In this document: piece by piece, positions 14,001 through 25,622 of the stretch
Layout: every line of letters starts with the position of its first letter
Numbering within the stretch: position 1 is the stretch's first letter
Assembly (NCBI GenBank): GCA_009103225.1
Contig: RHPI01000890.1
Location: 80,544-144,543, forward strand
Length of the DNA: 64,000 bases
DNA from: Chlorokybus atmophyticus
Taxonomy: Eukaryota; Plantae; Mesostigma and Chlorokybus algae
Direction of reading: 5' to 3'
Program-made: the position numbers and the translations under genes
Notes under the pieces: generated by a model
What the model saw: only the letters and a program-made list of their open reading frames with translations
Database searches by the model: none
Told to the model about the DNA's origin: nothing

Positions 14001-14240
14001 GGTGTGCCCAGTGGGATGTTGGCTGGTGTGTTATTGAGGTGAAGTGTTGGAGACCGCACATGCCATGTACAGGTGTACATAAAGTAGTGTTTTCCCGTTC
14101 TTGTCTCTGTGGTGTGTTTATCATGTTGGTTTGTATTTGTGTGGCAGCTTGCATATGGCGCGCATTGTGCACGACCTTGCTTGTTCACCCCGTTGGCTCA
14201 ACCTGGCCCACCATGCTACTGTTAGCTGAAGGTATGTTGC
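10868..14240 (-). CDS. Putative multi-exon gene or pseudogene of unknown function
   Basis: Exon-like segments with canonical sites: EEELMEPPAE|EWRDELTNCMQDSTKTMSALEQLQRG, PPPQVAPLAEDQLTTKQSWF, LDDTLNKLLNLRADRALVDHACSLL|GEVVVPALLSPATAVMDA|APQTLLPTRR...AVTAN* (last three in phase). An in-frame TGA near 11410 and unresolved upstream phases lower confidence. Confidence 0.3.
11050..11083. repeat. (CT)n microsatellite
   Basis: Run of ctctct... followed by (AT)/(GT) repeats, in a putative intron. Confidence 0.9.
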
Positions 14241-14546
14241 ATATTGTGCACATCACACATGCATGCATCTACACGAACACGCGCGCACGAACACTGCATA
14301 CACCACACTGTATGTACACGCACGCACACGCTCAAATACGCATGCAGGCACATGCGCGCGCGTGCGCGAGCGCACAACCACATTAAACGCGCACATCCCC
14401 TATCTTTATTTACTGGCCCTATCAACTGACAAATCAGATGCAAAGGGGTCTTGTGCATGTGCTCGTGCATGCTCGTGTGTGTGCATACACGCGTGTGCGT
14501 CCATGTGTGTGCCCGTGCGCGTGCACGCGTGTGCGTGCATCTGATA

Positions 14547-15065
14547 CCAATAAGCTTCTCTCTTGCGCAGCCCAGTCAGCCAGCTGAGGGCCGCTTACGC
14601 GCCTTCCAGCGTCAGCAGCTCGAACAGCACAACAAACGTGTGTAACACTATCGGTGACACTCACATCTGCACACACAATATAGACCAACATAGTCACCTT
14701 TCGCCATGCGCAGGTCGCTTCCGATCCGAATCAGGACGTCACGTAGTCTAGGCTCATACTACGAGTTGAGAGAATCCCCGGGGGCCCTGCATGCACATTC
14801 TCTCTTCTTCTCAGACAGTGCTTGTCAATACACAAGTGTGCCTAGCACCCACTTTTGCTACCAAACCAGGAGCAGCGTTCCATGCCGTCAACCTGGAAGC
14901 ACAGTGCCGGCGGCTAGTTGTTGATGCGATTGTTGTGGCTGATCTTTTCTCCCAGTTGTATCTTGCTCTTCTCCTGCACGTTTTGGGCGTCGGCTGCTGT
15001 CGCTGCTGTTTGCAGCAGTCTGATTGACCGCGACAGCAGTCCGCAGCATGCGCCTCTGCAAGACT
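14547..15065 (-). pseudogene. Decayed 5' duplicate (copy 1) of the 3-methyladenine DNA glycosylase gene
   Basis: Exon homologues RRMLRTAVA...GTVLPG* and LFELLTLEGA*AALSWLTGLRKREAY, against LFELLTLEGAQAGLSWLTVLRKREAY in the intact copy. In-frame stops; introns also conserved; downstream exons absent. Confidence 0.85.
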
Positions 15066-15333
15066 AGCATACACATCTGACAACAGATTTACCACTGGTG
15101 CAGCTGTCTTGCTTTGCGTGTCTACTCTCTCGGTTTGCATGTCGCTTCGCATTGACTCGGCACCAAGCTGAAGGGACTAGCAGCGCTGCCACAACTAGTC
15201 AGCAGTTGTTGTGGGCGTGCATGCTTCACAGATTTGCATACAGTTCGCACCAACGGGCTGTAACATCCCAAAGCAGCTTACTCTTACTTGATAAACAACC
15301 GTTGCAGCGCACAAGGGGGGGGGGGGGGGGGGG

Positions 15334-15785
15334 NNNNNNNNNNNNNNNNNNNNNNNNNNNNNNNNNNNNNNNNNNNNNNNNNNNNNNNNNNNNNNNNNNN
15401 NNNNNNNNNNNNNNNNNNNNNNNNNNNNNNNNNNNNNNNNNNNNNNNNNNNNNNNNNNNNNNNNNNNNNNNNNNNNNNNNNNNNNNNNNNNNNNNNNNNN
15501 NNNNNNNNNNNNNNNNNNNNNNNNNNNNNNNNNNNNNNNNNNNNNNNNNNNNNNNNNNNNNNNNNNNNNNNNNNNNNNNNNNNNNNNNNNNNNNNNNNNN
15601 NNNNNNNNNNNNNNNNNNNNNNNNNNNNNNNNNNNNNNNNNNNNNNNNNNNNNNNNNNNNNNNNNNNNNNNNNNNNNNNNNNNNNNNNNNNNNNNNNNNN
15701 NNNNNNNNNNNNNNNNNNNNNNNNNNNNNNNNNNNNNNNNNNNNNNNNNNNNNNNNNNNNNNNNNNNNNNNNNNNNNNNNNNNNN
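15334..15785. other. Assembly gap flanked by poly-G on both sides
   Basis: N run. Further gaps at 30164-30598, 34020-34224, 39164-39227 and 62353-62483, each next to G/C homopolymer or (CT)n tracts. Confidence 0.95.
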
Positions 15786-16980
15786 GGGGGGGGGCGCAAC
15801 AAGAGATGCATCAGCCACAGCCGTCACCGCCGCCGCCGCTGCCACCGTGACAACGTCGTGGTGTCCGGCAGCCTCTGCTGGGGGAGAGAGGGCGGGGCAT
15901 AGGAGCTCTGTTCCTCTCTAACGCGCAACCTTAGGCTGTGTGGCGGCGGCCGAGGAAGGAGGGAGAGAGGGGTTCGGAGGTTGACGTGGGTTGGGAGGAG
16001 GACGGGAGAGAGACAAGCGGGCAGGCTCTGCCCCTTCTCCTGAAGAGCGCCGCTGGGCACAGCCACGCGGGCAACCCTGCCAATGGTGTGGTGGGGCGTC
16101 TGATGACGCTGACGCGCAGGGTGAGTGTGCTGCTGGTCTCGAGCACACGCATGCATGCATGCATGCATGCATGCGTGTTTTTGCGCTTTACCGATTGAAC
16201 AGCGCCCTGAAGGAGCCCTTGTTTTTTCGCACATAGCGCGCACACACACACACACACAGCCAAATTCACGCCAAAGGTATTGCGCGATTTTTTGGTCCAA
16301 CTTGACTGTCGCTGTGCTTGTCATGTGACTGAGGGCACTTGCCCCAGATGGTTGACGCTGATTTCAACAATTCTGTTATTGCCTATCCACGGCAAATCCA
16401 ATGACCAAATTATGGTCCTGATGCTGGTGACTGGCATCTCTTCTTGCACGTGCTTACGTGCCCTTTACCGCTGTCAAGTTGATGTAAAAGGTCCTTATTT
16501 TTGATCCATGTTCATCGCGCAACTTGCTGCGTTTATTAAAGTTCCTTGTTCGCTTTAGGTGCCACCACCGTCTAGCAAGAGACGTTTCTTAGCAAGTGTC
16601 CAAGTGTTTTGCACACTGCTGAAAGTAACTAAGTAACTAAGTTCTTTGTTTTGCCAGGTAGGTTTGCGTTGATGCCAAGGCAAAGCTTGCCACTTGAACC
16701 TCAAGGCAAAACATTGTTCTAGAAGGTACAGTGCTCCGAAGCTGTGTTGTTGTTGTTATGGACAAGTTTCGGGTCCACAGCACGATTGAAGTTGCGGCGG
16801 TTCAACTGTGTTTGGGGTGAGTGCACACCCAGTGGGTATGCGGCATGCAGGTAGGTTGCAGTAGCGGTTGGTTGCTGTGTTAGGTATGGTTGCCAGCAAA
16901 GTGTTAGCATAGCAGCGTTGATGGTGACTAAGCTGTAGCTGTGCATGCTCAGATTGAGTGCATGCACAACTAAAACACGT

Positions 16981-17019
16981 AGCTTCAGTATAGCGGTAGC
17001 CTACCGCTATACTGAAGCT
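16981..17019. repeat. Perfect 19-1-19 palindrome
   Basis: agcttcagtatagcggtag-c-ctaccgctatactgaagct. Confidence 0.95.
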
Positions 17020-17208
17020 TGAAGACGGTCTATAGGGCACGGATGGATGTTGTTATTTTCATCGCGATGTAACATTGTCCTACCTCGGTGGAGGAGGTCG
17101 TTGTTAATCAACATCATCACCTCTGATTGTGGTGGGGCAATCTATCCTTGCTCAACGTGAATTTTCACTGTCGATATGCCCTCCCTACATTGGCTTATAC
17201 ACCGGTTG

Positions 17209-17383
17209 CACATGTACAAGTGACTTCTTCACCGCATCTCGAGCTCTCAATCGCCCACGGAAGTTCGTCTCGCATGGGCAAGATTGTTTCGCATGGCCCG
17301 TGCGAGACGGTCGCTTATGTGAGACGATCTTTCGTAGGCGATTGAGAGCTCGAGATGCGCTGGAGAAGTTGCATGTACATGTG
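17209..17383 (+). ncRNA. Long fold-back, pre-miRNA/siRNA-like candidate
   Basis: 67-nt arms 17209-17275 and 17317-17383: 58 Watson-Crick, 5 G-U (on + strand) and 4 mismatched positions, with a perfect 23-bp run at 17233-17255. The inverted repeat is certain; RNA function is inferred. Confidence 0.4.
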
Positions 17384-19400
17384 TATCTGCGGCGGAACCC
17401 GTGGCTCCGCAACTGCACAAAAGCCGTGTTCAATGTTCCACGTGGCGTGTTGTTGCAGGAGTACATGGCTTGCGTGTCCACGCGTTCATATGTGGGTGTG
17501 AACAGCTCCGTCACCAAGAGTGTCACGTAGTACTTTTGCACACCACTACAATGGTGCCATTGCACTTGTCGACCTCGGTGAGGATGTACCGCTGCTGCGG
17601 TTGTCTCAAAGCCGCGGCATCTCTGTCAGTCACCACATCTAAATCCAAATGGCGCTGGTTGTTTGGTACCTCGGCAATGGCGTCAGCACGGTTGCGCACC
17701 AGAGCCAAAGGTGTTGTTGCCCATGCTTGCATTGCCATTGGCTGTCCCCATTGCTCCTCCAGGTGTGCGAAATCGTACACTGCTGCTGTCACCGCTGGTA
17801 CACAAACGCGAATGTCGGCTGATATATATATATAGGGCTGCGAAACTTGGTCCCTCGGCTGAGTATCTTCCGCAGGACCTCCGAAGTCGTGACACTGCTG
17901 TAGTCACAGGTCACGACGTGGCCTTGCTGTGGATGTACTATGGTTGTCCCCGCTAGCTCAGGGCATGTGCAGGGTGCGGGCAGCAGTCGCGCCTGCTGCT
18001 GTGCGGACGACTGCAGCACCTCGCGGGTGCGGTTACACACTGTGCGTCCCACCGTTTTACTACAGCGCCAGACCACTAGCGGCACTCCCATGCGTGTTCT
18101 GGCATGTGGTGGCAGGGCCGCTTGCACTGCGGGTTGCGCCAGCAGTTGTTGCAGTTGTAGTTCGTCTGCCGCTGCGTTGTCGAATGCACAGGTGACGAGT
18201 AGGCGGGGGTTGCGAATCTGAGGCAAGGCGGTTGGATAATTGCTGAGCAGCCTCCTCAGCGTCGCCAGCAGTGCTTCAGCAAGTGCTGCCTGCACATGAA
18301 GGTCTTCCGGCGCTGTGTACTCCAGGATGCGGAGCATCTTGTACAGGTTGGTCAGTTTGAATCGCAGCAAGTCCGTCAACGTAAACCGCGCTTGCTGCAT
18401 GCGCACAGTCAGGTTACGAATACGCCGAAAGAAATCACGATACCCAAACACTCTGCCTGGCTGTGTGGCTGGGTTCGGAGCGTGTTGTGGCTGTGCGTGC
18501 CCGTGTGCACGTCTCCATGCTGGCAGGCAAGGCCGTCCGTATGGCGAGTGCTCCACATTGTAACCTCTTGGGGCTGAGGTACGCAAGCGTTTCACCCACA
18601 ACCATTCTTTGTGCGAGGCGCGTTTCTGCCAAGCTGCCTGCGTCTTATTGGGCCGTAATGGCAGCGATTCCAGCGGTGAATTTCCCCAGGAGGTCACTGG
18701 CGTTATGCGCATGGCGCGCTCCAGCAGCGTGGCTTGGGCGTGGTGAGCAGCTCTGCAGTGTCCTTGGAAGCGTTGGAAAGCGGACTGCACAGTCATGCCA
18801 ACGTAGCATTTGCGGGAGCCAGTCAGTAAGTAAATGGCGTAGATGATGTGGTGCTCAGTCACTGGCGACAGTGGAGTTGTGACGCCCAAAACACGGTGGA
18901 TGTGATGGCGTATGCTTCTGAGTATGGGCAGTTGCCAGTGGCAATGTACATCCAGCAAATGGGCTTGTATGTGCTGCCAGTTTCAAGATGGCTGCCCATT
19001 GTGTTGTACGCGTCTTGTATTGCCCTGCATGGCCACGCTGAGGCAGCAGATGCTACGCACCGGCAGCTACGCGTACTGTACACCGCCTCCACTGCTGTAC
19101 CAGTTGGTGTATTAGGCGTGCAAGCGTCGCACCCCGCAAAGACCGCATGGGGAGCACGATGTGTGGTAGCACAGCTTGCCCATGCCGGAGACGCAGGAAA
19201 CCAACCCCACCACCCAACCCCAACCAGCACCTAACCAGCCCAGCACCCAAACCGAACACAGCACAATCTGTGCGGAGGGCACTGGACCAGGCACTGCTGA
19301 CGTCGGCAGTGCAACGCAACTACGACACAACCCAGCAAACCCTGCTGCGTCGCTAGCAGAGGGCGAGGAAGGAGGCGGAGCCAGGGAGAGAGGGAGGTGG
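17384..19400 (-). mobile_element. Degenerate Penelope-like retroelement, Naiad/Chlamys type (GIY-YIG endonuclease N-terminal to the RT region), truncated before the RT core
   Basis: ORF 17789-18958 has IYAIY..CYVGMT...RF..H...E..W...L.T..P.GYN (GIY-YIG) then HVVTCD....LRKILSRGTKFR. Frameshifted continuation gives YILTEVDKCNGTIVVVCK and KYYVTLLVTELFTPTYE, motifs that precede the RT in this PLE clade. One frameshift is at a (TA)n run, 17822-17834. Confidence 0.75.
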
Positions 19401-19714
19401 AGTCTTGGTCGCCAATGTGCATGCTATTTGCGTGATCGAAAGCGCCAACAACTGACCAACGCCCATGTGGGCAGGTGATTACTCATTGCATATTGACTGC
19501 TGCATGTCTAACGGGGTAGAGGCAGTAGATTAGCGTGCTAGTAGTAGCCCGGTGGTCAACTAATTGTCATTTGTACGACACCTTGCATGTGTTGCTGCGT
19601 GCTGACTGAACTACACGTTATGCATGCGCATGCATGTCCTGCATTTGATGTACACGTACACCACGTATGTTGCCACCGTACCATACCTCTTATATACACA
19701 ATGCAGACAACCAT

Positions 19715-20030
19715 ACTCACATGTCGTCATGCATAGGTTGCCCCAACTTATCATCACGTACTGCATGCTCATAACCTGCTGACAAATGCTCCTTCTTACA
19801 CACTCCTTCCTTAGTAACCGTACCTACTTCCACCATTGCCAGATAACAATGGATTTACTTGCTGCTGCTGCTGCTCTTGTTCCATAGGGAGGACAGAAAA
19901 ACGGCTCGGTTGTGCTTCTTCTCCTCCTTGTTGGCTCTTCTGTTGCATCCTGGGGGGGACAACGGTCGTTGTTTGCACAAGTCAATTAGTCATCCCTTTA
20001 AGAGCACTCCGCAGCATGCGTCTCTGCAGG
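19715..20030 (-). pseudogene. Decayed 5' duplicate (copy 2) of the 3-methyladenine DNA glycosylase gene
   Basis: cag|agacgcATGCTGCGGAGT exon homologue with an early TGA, and a degenerate copy of the DYVKYHDEEWGRPLRDD exon ending at a GTGAGT donor. Intron 1 and the upstream (CCG)n exon are also conserved up to ~20500. Confidence 0.75.
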
Positions 20031-21975
20031 GTTGAGCACACAGACTAATTGCTACTGTGTTGCTTGTCCATTCTGTCGTTTTCGATGTTGCTCGCATCGA
20101 CTCGAAGGGTCGGGGAGGACGGAAAGAAAGCTGAGGACTAGCGGCAATGCCACAACTAGTCCAGAGTTGCTATGGCGTGCATGCTTTGCAGAGTCACAAA
20201 CAGTTTTGCACCAAGTGCCTGTGCATCGCTAGAATGACATAAACAACGCACACTTGCTTTTTGATTACTCGCAGCGTACCACAGGAGGGACGTTCAGGAG
20301 CGGAGCCGCAACGGGAAGTGGGACATCAGCAGTCATAGCTACAACTGATGTTGATGCTGATGCTGATGAGGTTGAGATTGCAGCAGTGTACTACTGAACC
20401 ATTCGCAACTGCTTGCTCTGCTACATCTTTGTCGCTGCCGCCGCCGCCGCCGCCGCCAGCAAGTTCGCGTCAGCAGCTGTACTGCGTACGCCAGCCCACT
20501 TCACCATTTGCACCACCATTTTCGCTCTCGCCCATCCGCAGCAGAGAGGGGTTGAGAGGTTGACGTGCGTCTGGAGGAGAAGGAGAAGGAGGAGGAGGAG
20601 GAGGCACGCCGGCCAGCGCCCTGCGCGTTCTCCCAGAGAATCGGCGCTGGCACAACCACGCGGGCCCTGCGAGCGGTTTGGGGGGTGCCTGACTGCTGGG
20701 TTGGAGACGCAGCAGGGTGAGTGTGCAGCTGCTCCTGGTTCTGAAACAGATACATGCATGCTGCATGTTAGTGGCCCTCTCGTAACAGCGGGCGCCTGAA
20801 GGCGCCATTGCGCAGCTGTGCTTTATGCTTTCTTCTCACACATTGCGCACACACCTCATCTCTGTCGACGGTACTGCGTCAATTTGTTGATCCAGCTGTG
20901 ACTTGACTGTCGTTAGTATGCTTTTCTCATGGAAGAGACACTTTCTCGAACGATTGACGTTGTTCTAGTCGTGCTAACTTGCTGTGTTTGGGGCAAAGCC
21001 GATATGCGCTCCACGACTGGCATCTCTGCCTGCGCATATCCATCAGTCATAAGTAGTATGCTACATGAATCGCTGTTAATAGATGCTCCTTAGTGTTTGT
21101 GTGCAACCTGGCGAGATGCGGATCCTTGCATTAGGTATGCATGGATGATTTACCATAGTGTTCAAGGTTTTGGATCGCTTGAGGCTGCCACCAGTCAAGA
21201 TGTAAACACCGCCTTTCGTAGCAAGGTTGCATGTGTCGTCACGCTGAAGCTAACATTTCTTTGTACTTCTTTGTTTGTACCTTCAGTTGTGCACTGTAGG
21301 TATGTGTTGATGACAAGGCAAAGCTTGCATAAGCTTACCACATTGACCTCATCGTAGGGCATGTTCCGAGAAGGTGCGCTGAGAGTTGTTATCATAACAA
21401 CATGATGGCAGCGTTGGTGTTAATATGCGCCAATGAGGATGTTCATTGCAATGGAGTTAAACTCAGTGACAACTTGTCACTGACAAGTCCAAAACTCCCT
21501 TGCGGAGGCAACATGTGGATTCCGTATCTACCTCTGGTGACTAGAGGGTGTAAGCAAGCTTCTTGATTGGCCTGCTGGCTTTAATGTTTGTGGGTCCGTT
21601 CCCCTAAACTTACAACGTTGCTGATGCTCAGACTTGGATTGGCGACGGTTGCGCAACGGTTGTTATTGCTGTTGTCAAGCAATACCAGACGAATAGGTTG
21701 AGGAGCTTTTGACTGTTGGTTTTGAAAAACAAGCACCTGATATTTAAGGTTTGCTCGTTGCTGCATTGGAACAAATTGTTTGACCGACTGTCTACAATGT
21801 GCAACTTGTCATTCTGAGCGTTTTCCTTCAGTTTGACGGCTGAAGCTGTCGAAGCTTCGGCGACAATGTTGCTGTCATCGGCGTCGACGATGTTGTGGGC
21901 AAGAATCATAATAAGAAAGGAAACCGTCAAGCGCAGTTTTGTAATACTATATGCTAAACATCATGGAGTGTGCGG

Positions 21976-22511
<536 letters not shown>

Positions 22512-22703
22512 NCATGATGAGAGGTGCTTGTTAATGCCATTAGCGATATGACGGACGAGCCTTGTCCTAAGGGCTACCTCTAGGCAGTCTAGTGGTGACA
22601 CTCAAGGTAAGAACCTAGTATAGTGATTGCTTATGCAATACGTACTACTAGCAGCATAGTATGCTGGCTGCATGCAGCCACATGACATGACCCGTTGTTT
22701 ACA

Positions 22704-23187
22704 GATGAAGAGGGTTGCCTTGATGTCTCGAATTGATCAGCTCAGCCACCTGCCAGGGTGCATCATGTTAAGGTCTGACGCGGCGGATGAGGCCAATGTC
22801 ATCATTGACGAAAGCACCACCATCGGCATTAACGGGCGACGCAGCCTTATTGACATTGCTTCCCCCACCAGGCGTACGGCCGCCCTATCTATGATGTACA
22901 TCGGCATGGCGCTTCAGCTTGAAGACATGTCAAGCTTTAAACTGCGCGACACGAGTGAGGCATGTGGAGGCCTTGCAGGATGTCGTGGTCGTGGTGGTCA
23001 CGAAGGTGTTCTATGGCGTAATTTCGTCTCTGGCGAGACGTGTATATCGGGTCACCCTTTCTCATATGCACGTCTTGTCATGAAGCTCCTGCTTGCCGAG
23101 CATGACCCCAATGTCCTCCAGGCTCTCCACATGCCTCGCCAAGGAGAGGCGATCCAAAGCTTGTCTTGCCCGGATGTGTCGTGCTGA
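22704..23187 (+). mobile_element. Possible PIF1-like (Helitron-type) SF1 helicase relic
   Basis: VIIDESTTIG (Walker B-like), MYIGMALQL (degenerate GDxxQL), LWRNF and GHPFSYARLVMKLLLAEHDPNVLQAL occur in the order and spacing of PIF1 motifs II-IV. No Walker A seen. Confidence 0.35.
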
Positions 23188-23482
23188 TATATGTCGGAAA
23201 GTGGGCGGGCCATAGGCTCCGCGGGAATATGTCTTTTGATAAGCATTATAGTGTGATACGAGCCTCATGAGCCCTAAGCACTGATTGATATGAGGTATTG
23301 TATAGGTGTTGTTGCAAGTGCATGTGCAATGGAATGCTTGCATCGAGTTGCTGGTTATGTGTTTGATAATGCACACGGAAGCTCAATACCATGAAGATGT
23401 GCATTTGCATGCGTGATACACTTCCTGCTGCGTACAAGCTTGGTTTTATGTACAATGCAACTGTGCGCACACTCTGTGCATC

Positions 23483-25254
23483 TCAAGTCCTCAATGAACT
23501 ACAACAATGACACCCTTTCGTATGGTCGTTGACCAGGCCCGCCGCTTGCATAAAGGCATACATGATCGTGGGCCCAACAAACCGAAAGCCTCTTTTCATG
23601 AGGTCCGTGCTCATTGCCACCGACTCCGGTGATTGCGTCACCGGCTCAGACCCGCTGCAAACGATTGGCACGCCATCCACAAACCGCCATATGTACGCAT
23701 CAAACGAGCCAAACTCCTGCACCACCTGCATGAGAGCTTGTGTAAGTTGGACTTGCAGAAATTGTAAGACTGGCAGTCCTACATGTCATGCAAATAAGTC
23801 ACTTGACGTCGACAACCTGGCCTTATGCAGACAGCGCATCAATACCATGTGCACCCATGCAATGCACCCAAGCCGCCGCGCCTTGCAATACTTTACTAAA
23901 GCTGATCATCCACCATCCTACTGCTAGCTGAATGTATGTTGCACATTGTGTGCATCACATGCGCGTGCCTGGTACACGCGCACATGCGTGCACACGCACG
24001 TGCGCACGCACACCCGCCCGCATGCATATCAAACATGAACATTCACACGCCAACCATTGGTGATCCCACTCGAGGACCGCAGAGGAAAAGATGCAAACCT
24101 GCAGGACGCAGCCAGCATTGCTGATGGTGCTTTCGACCTTGCCGCGATGCTTGATGATGCCAGATTCAGCGCTCAGCAGCCACGCAACCCTCTGAGCATC
24201 ATATTGAGCTACCAGCGCAGGATCGAACCCCTCGAACGCCCGGCTAACAACCATTGAGTCAGCTTGACCCTTTGCAGAGCTGCAAAGGGTCAAGTGCATA
24301 TTTACGTGCTCGAGTGTGTGCATTTGTATGCGCGTGCGTGCGTGCGTGAGTGAGTGGGTGCATGGGTGCGTCATGTACCGGTATGCTTCTCTCTTGCGCA
24401 GCACAGTCAGCCAGCTGAGACCCGCTTGCGCTCCCTCCAGCGTCAACAGCTCAAACAGCAACCTGCAGTGATGTACTTGACTTCATACATAGCAACAGAG
24501 CACTAGTGCTCGCGTTTCCACACACAATGCAGACAAACATACTCACCTGTCGTCACGCAAAGGTCGCCCCCACTCCTCATCATGGTACTTCACGTAGTCT
24601 AGGCTCATAACACCTGCTGAAAAGTTCTCTTTCTTAGAAACTGCTTGTCAATATCAACCGTACCCACTCCCACCTTTGCTAACAAGCCAGGAGCAGCGTG
24701 TCTTGCCGTCAAACCCTGGAAGCACAGTGCCGTTTGATGCTTGTGGAGTTGCTTGTTGTTGTTGTTGTTGTTGCTGTTGTTGTTGTTGCTGTGGCTGTTC
24801 TTCTCCGTTTTGTCTCTTCCGTGTCTTCCGCACGCTTTGGGCGTCGGTTGCAATCGCTGTCTGCAGCAGTCTCTTATTCCCCGCAACTGTACTTCGCAGC
24901 ATGCGTCTCTGCAGAATAGAGTTCACACAGGCGAATGGCTGCAGTTATGATGGTCTATGGGTGACTCTCAATGTGCATGTCTCATTCGCATTGAATTAGT
25001 CAGCTGAGGACTAAGGTTAGCAATGCTACAACTCGTCAGCATCGCTGTGGCGTGTGTGCTGACTGTAACAGTCTATGAAGTAGGTTAAGGAGTTGCAAGC
25101 AGTTCAAATTAGCGGGCTGCACTGCCACAACAGAATGCACACGTACTCTTGCGTACTGTCAAAAAACAGTCCAGCGTACCTGAGAAGGGGGGTTAGATTT
25201 GCCCATCATTAACCGCGCCCCCGGCGACACCGCCGCCGCCGCCGCCGCCAGCAT
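23483..25254 (-). CDS. TAG: DNA-3-methyladenine glycosylase I (TagA family)
   Basis: In-phase exons: ...polyQ...GFDGKTRCSWLVSK|GVMSLDYVKYHDEEWGRPLRDD|R.LFELLTLEGAQAGLSWLTVLRKREAYR|RAFEGFDP...GIIKHRGKVESTISNA..VLQ|VVQEFGSFDAYIWRFV...DLMKRGFRFVGPTIMYAFMQAAGLVNDHTKGCHC. Zn-binding C/H/H/C motifs present. The start could instead be ATG 24902. Confidence 0.95.
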
Positions 25255-25494
25255 GTCCTTGCCAGCAGCTGTGCTGAGTACTGTACGCAATTGTACCGTA
25301 CGACGTGCACAGTTGTACCACCCTCGGTTCTGTTGGAACAACCCCTTCGGAGTCTGCGTTCATGTTCAACTTGAACAGTTCGAGTACACGCTGTGTCATG
25401 TTGAGTCACAGCATGCACTCATAAGTTATGAAAAGGTGCAACTGCGCCTTGAACTTGAGGTCCTAAACTGTCACATGCACCTTAGCTTAGGCAC

Positions 25495-25622
25495 ACCGGT
25501 CTGGTGTGTGAGTCACATACCAGACCGGTTATTGTCACATAATGTGACATGAATTAGCTGTGCCTCAGGACTCCTGAGGCACATCTGTCATGACTCACTC
25601 CTGAGTCATGAGTCATGACTCA
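25495..25622. promoter_or_regulatory. Cluster of consecutive short palindromes in the divergent TAG/MATE intergenic region
   Basis: 25495-25529 (17-1-17, one G-T), 25533-25549 (8-1-8), 25559-25583 (12-1-12), 25588-25611 (10-4-10), 25609-25622 (TGAGTCATGACTCA). A regulatory role is inferred from position only. Confidence 0.5.

Noticed and set aside
15098-15902. ORFs of 175-250 aa here, and similar ones at 29920-31028, 33821-34842 and 62171-62568
   Set aside because: They are open only because they run through N gaps.
17384-19600. Hammerhead ribozyme or pseudo-LTR expected for a PLE
   Set aside because: No CTGA(T/C)GA...GAAA core or terminal direct repeat could be found by eye.
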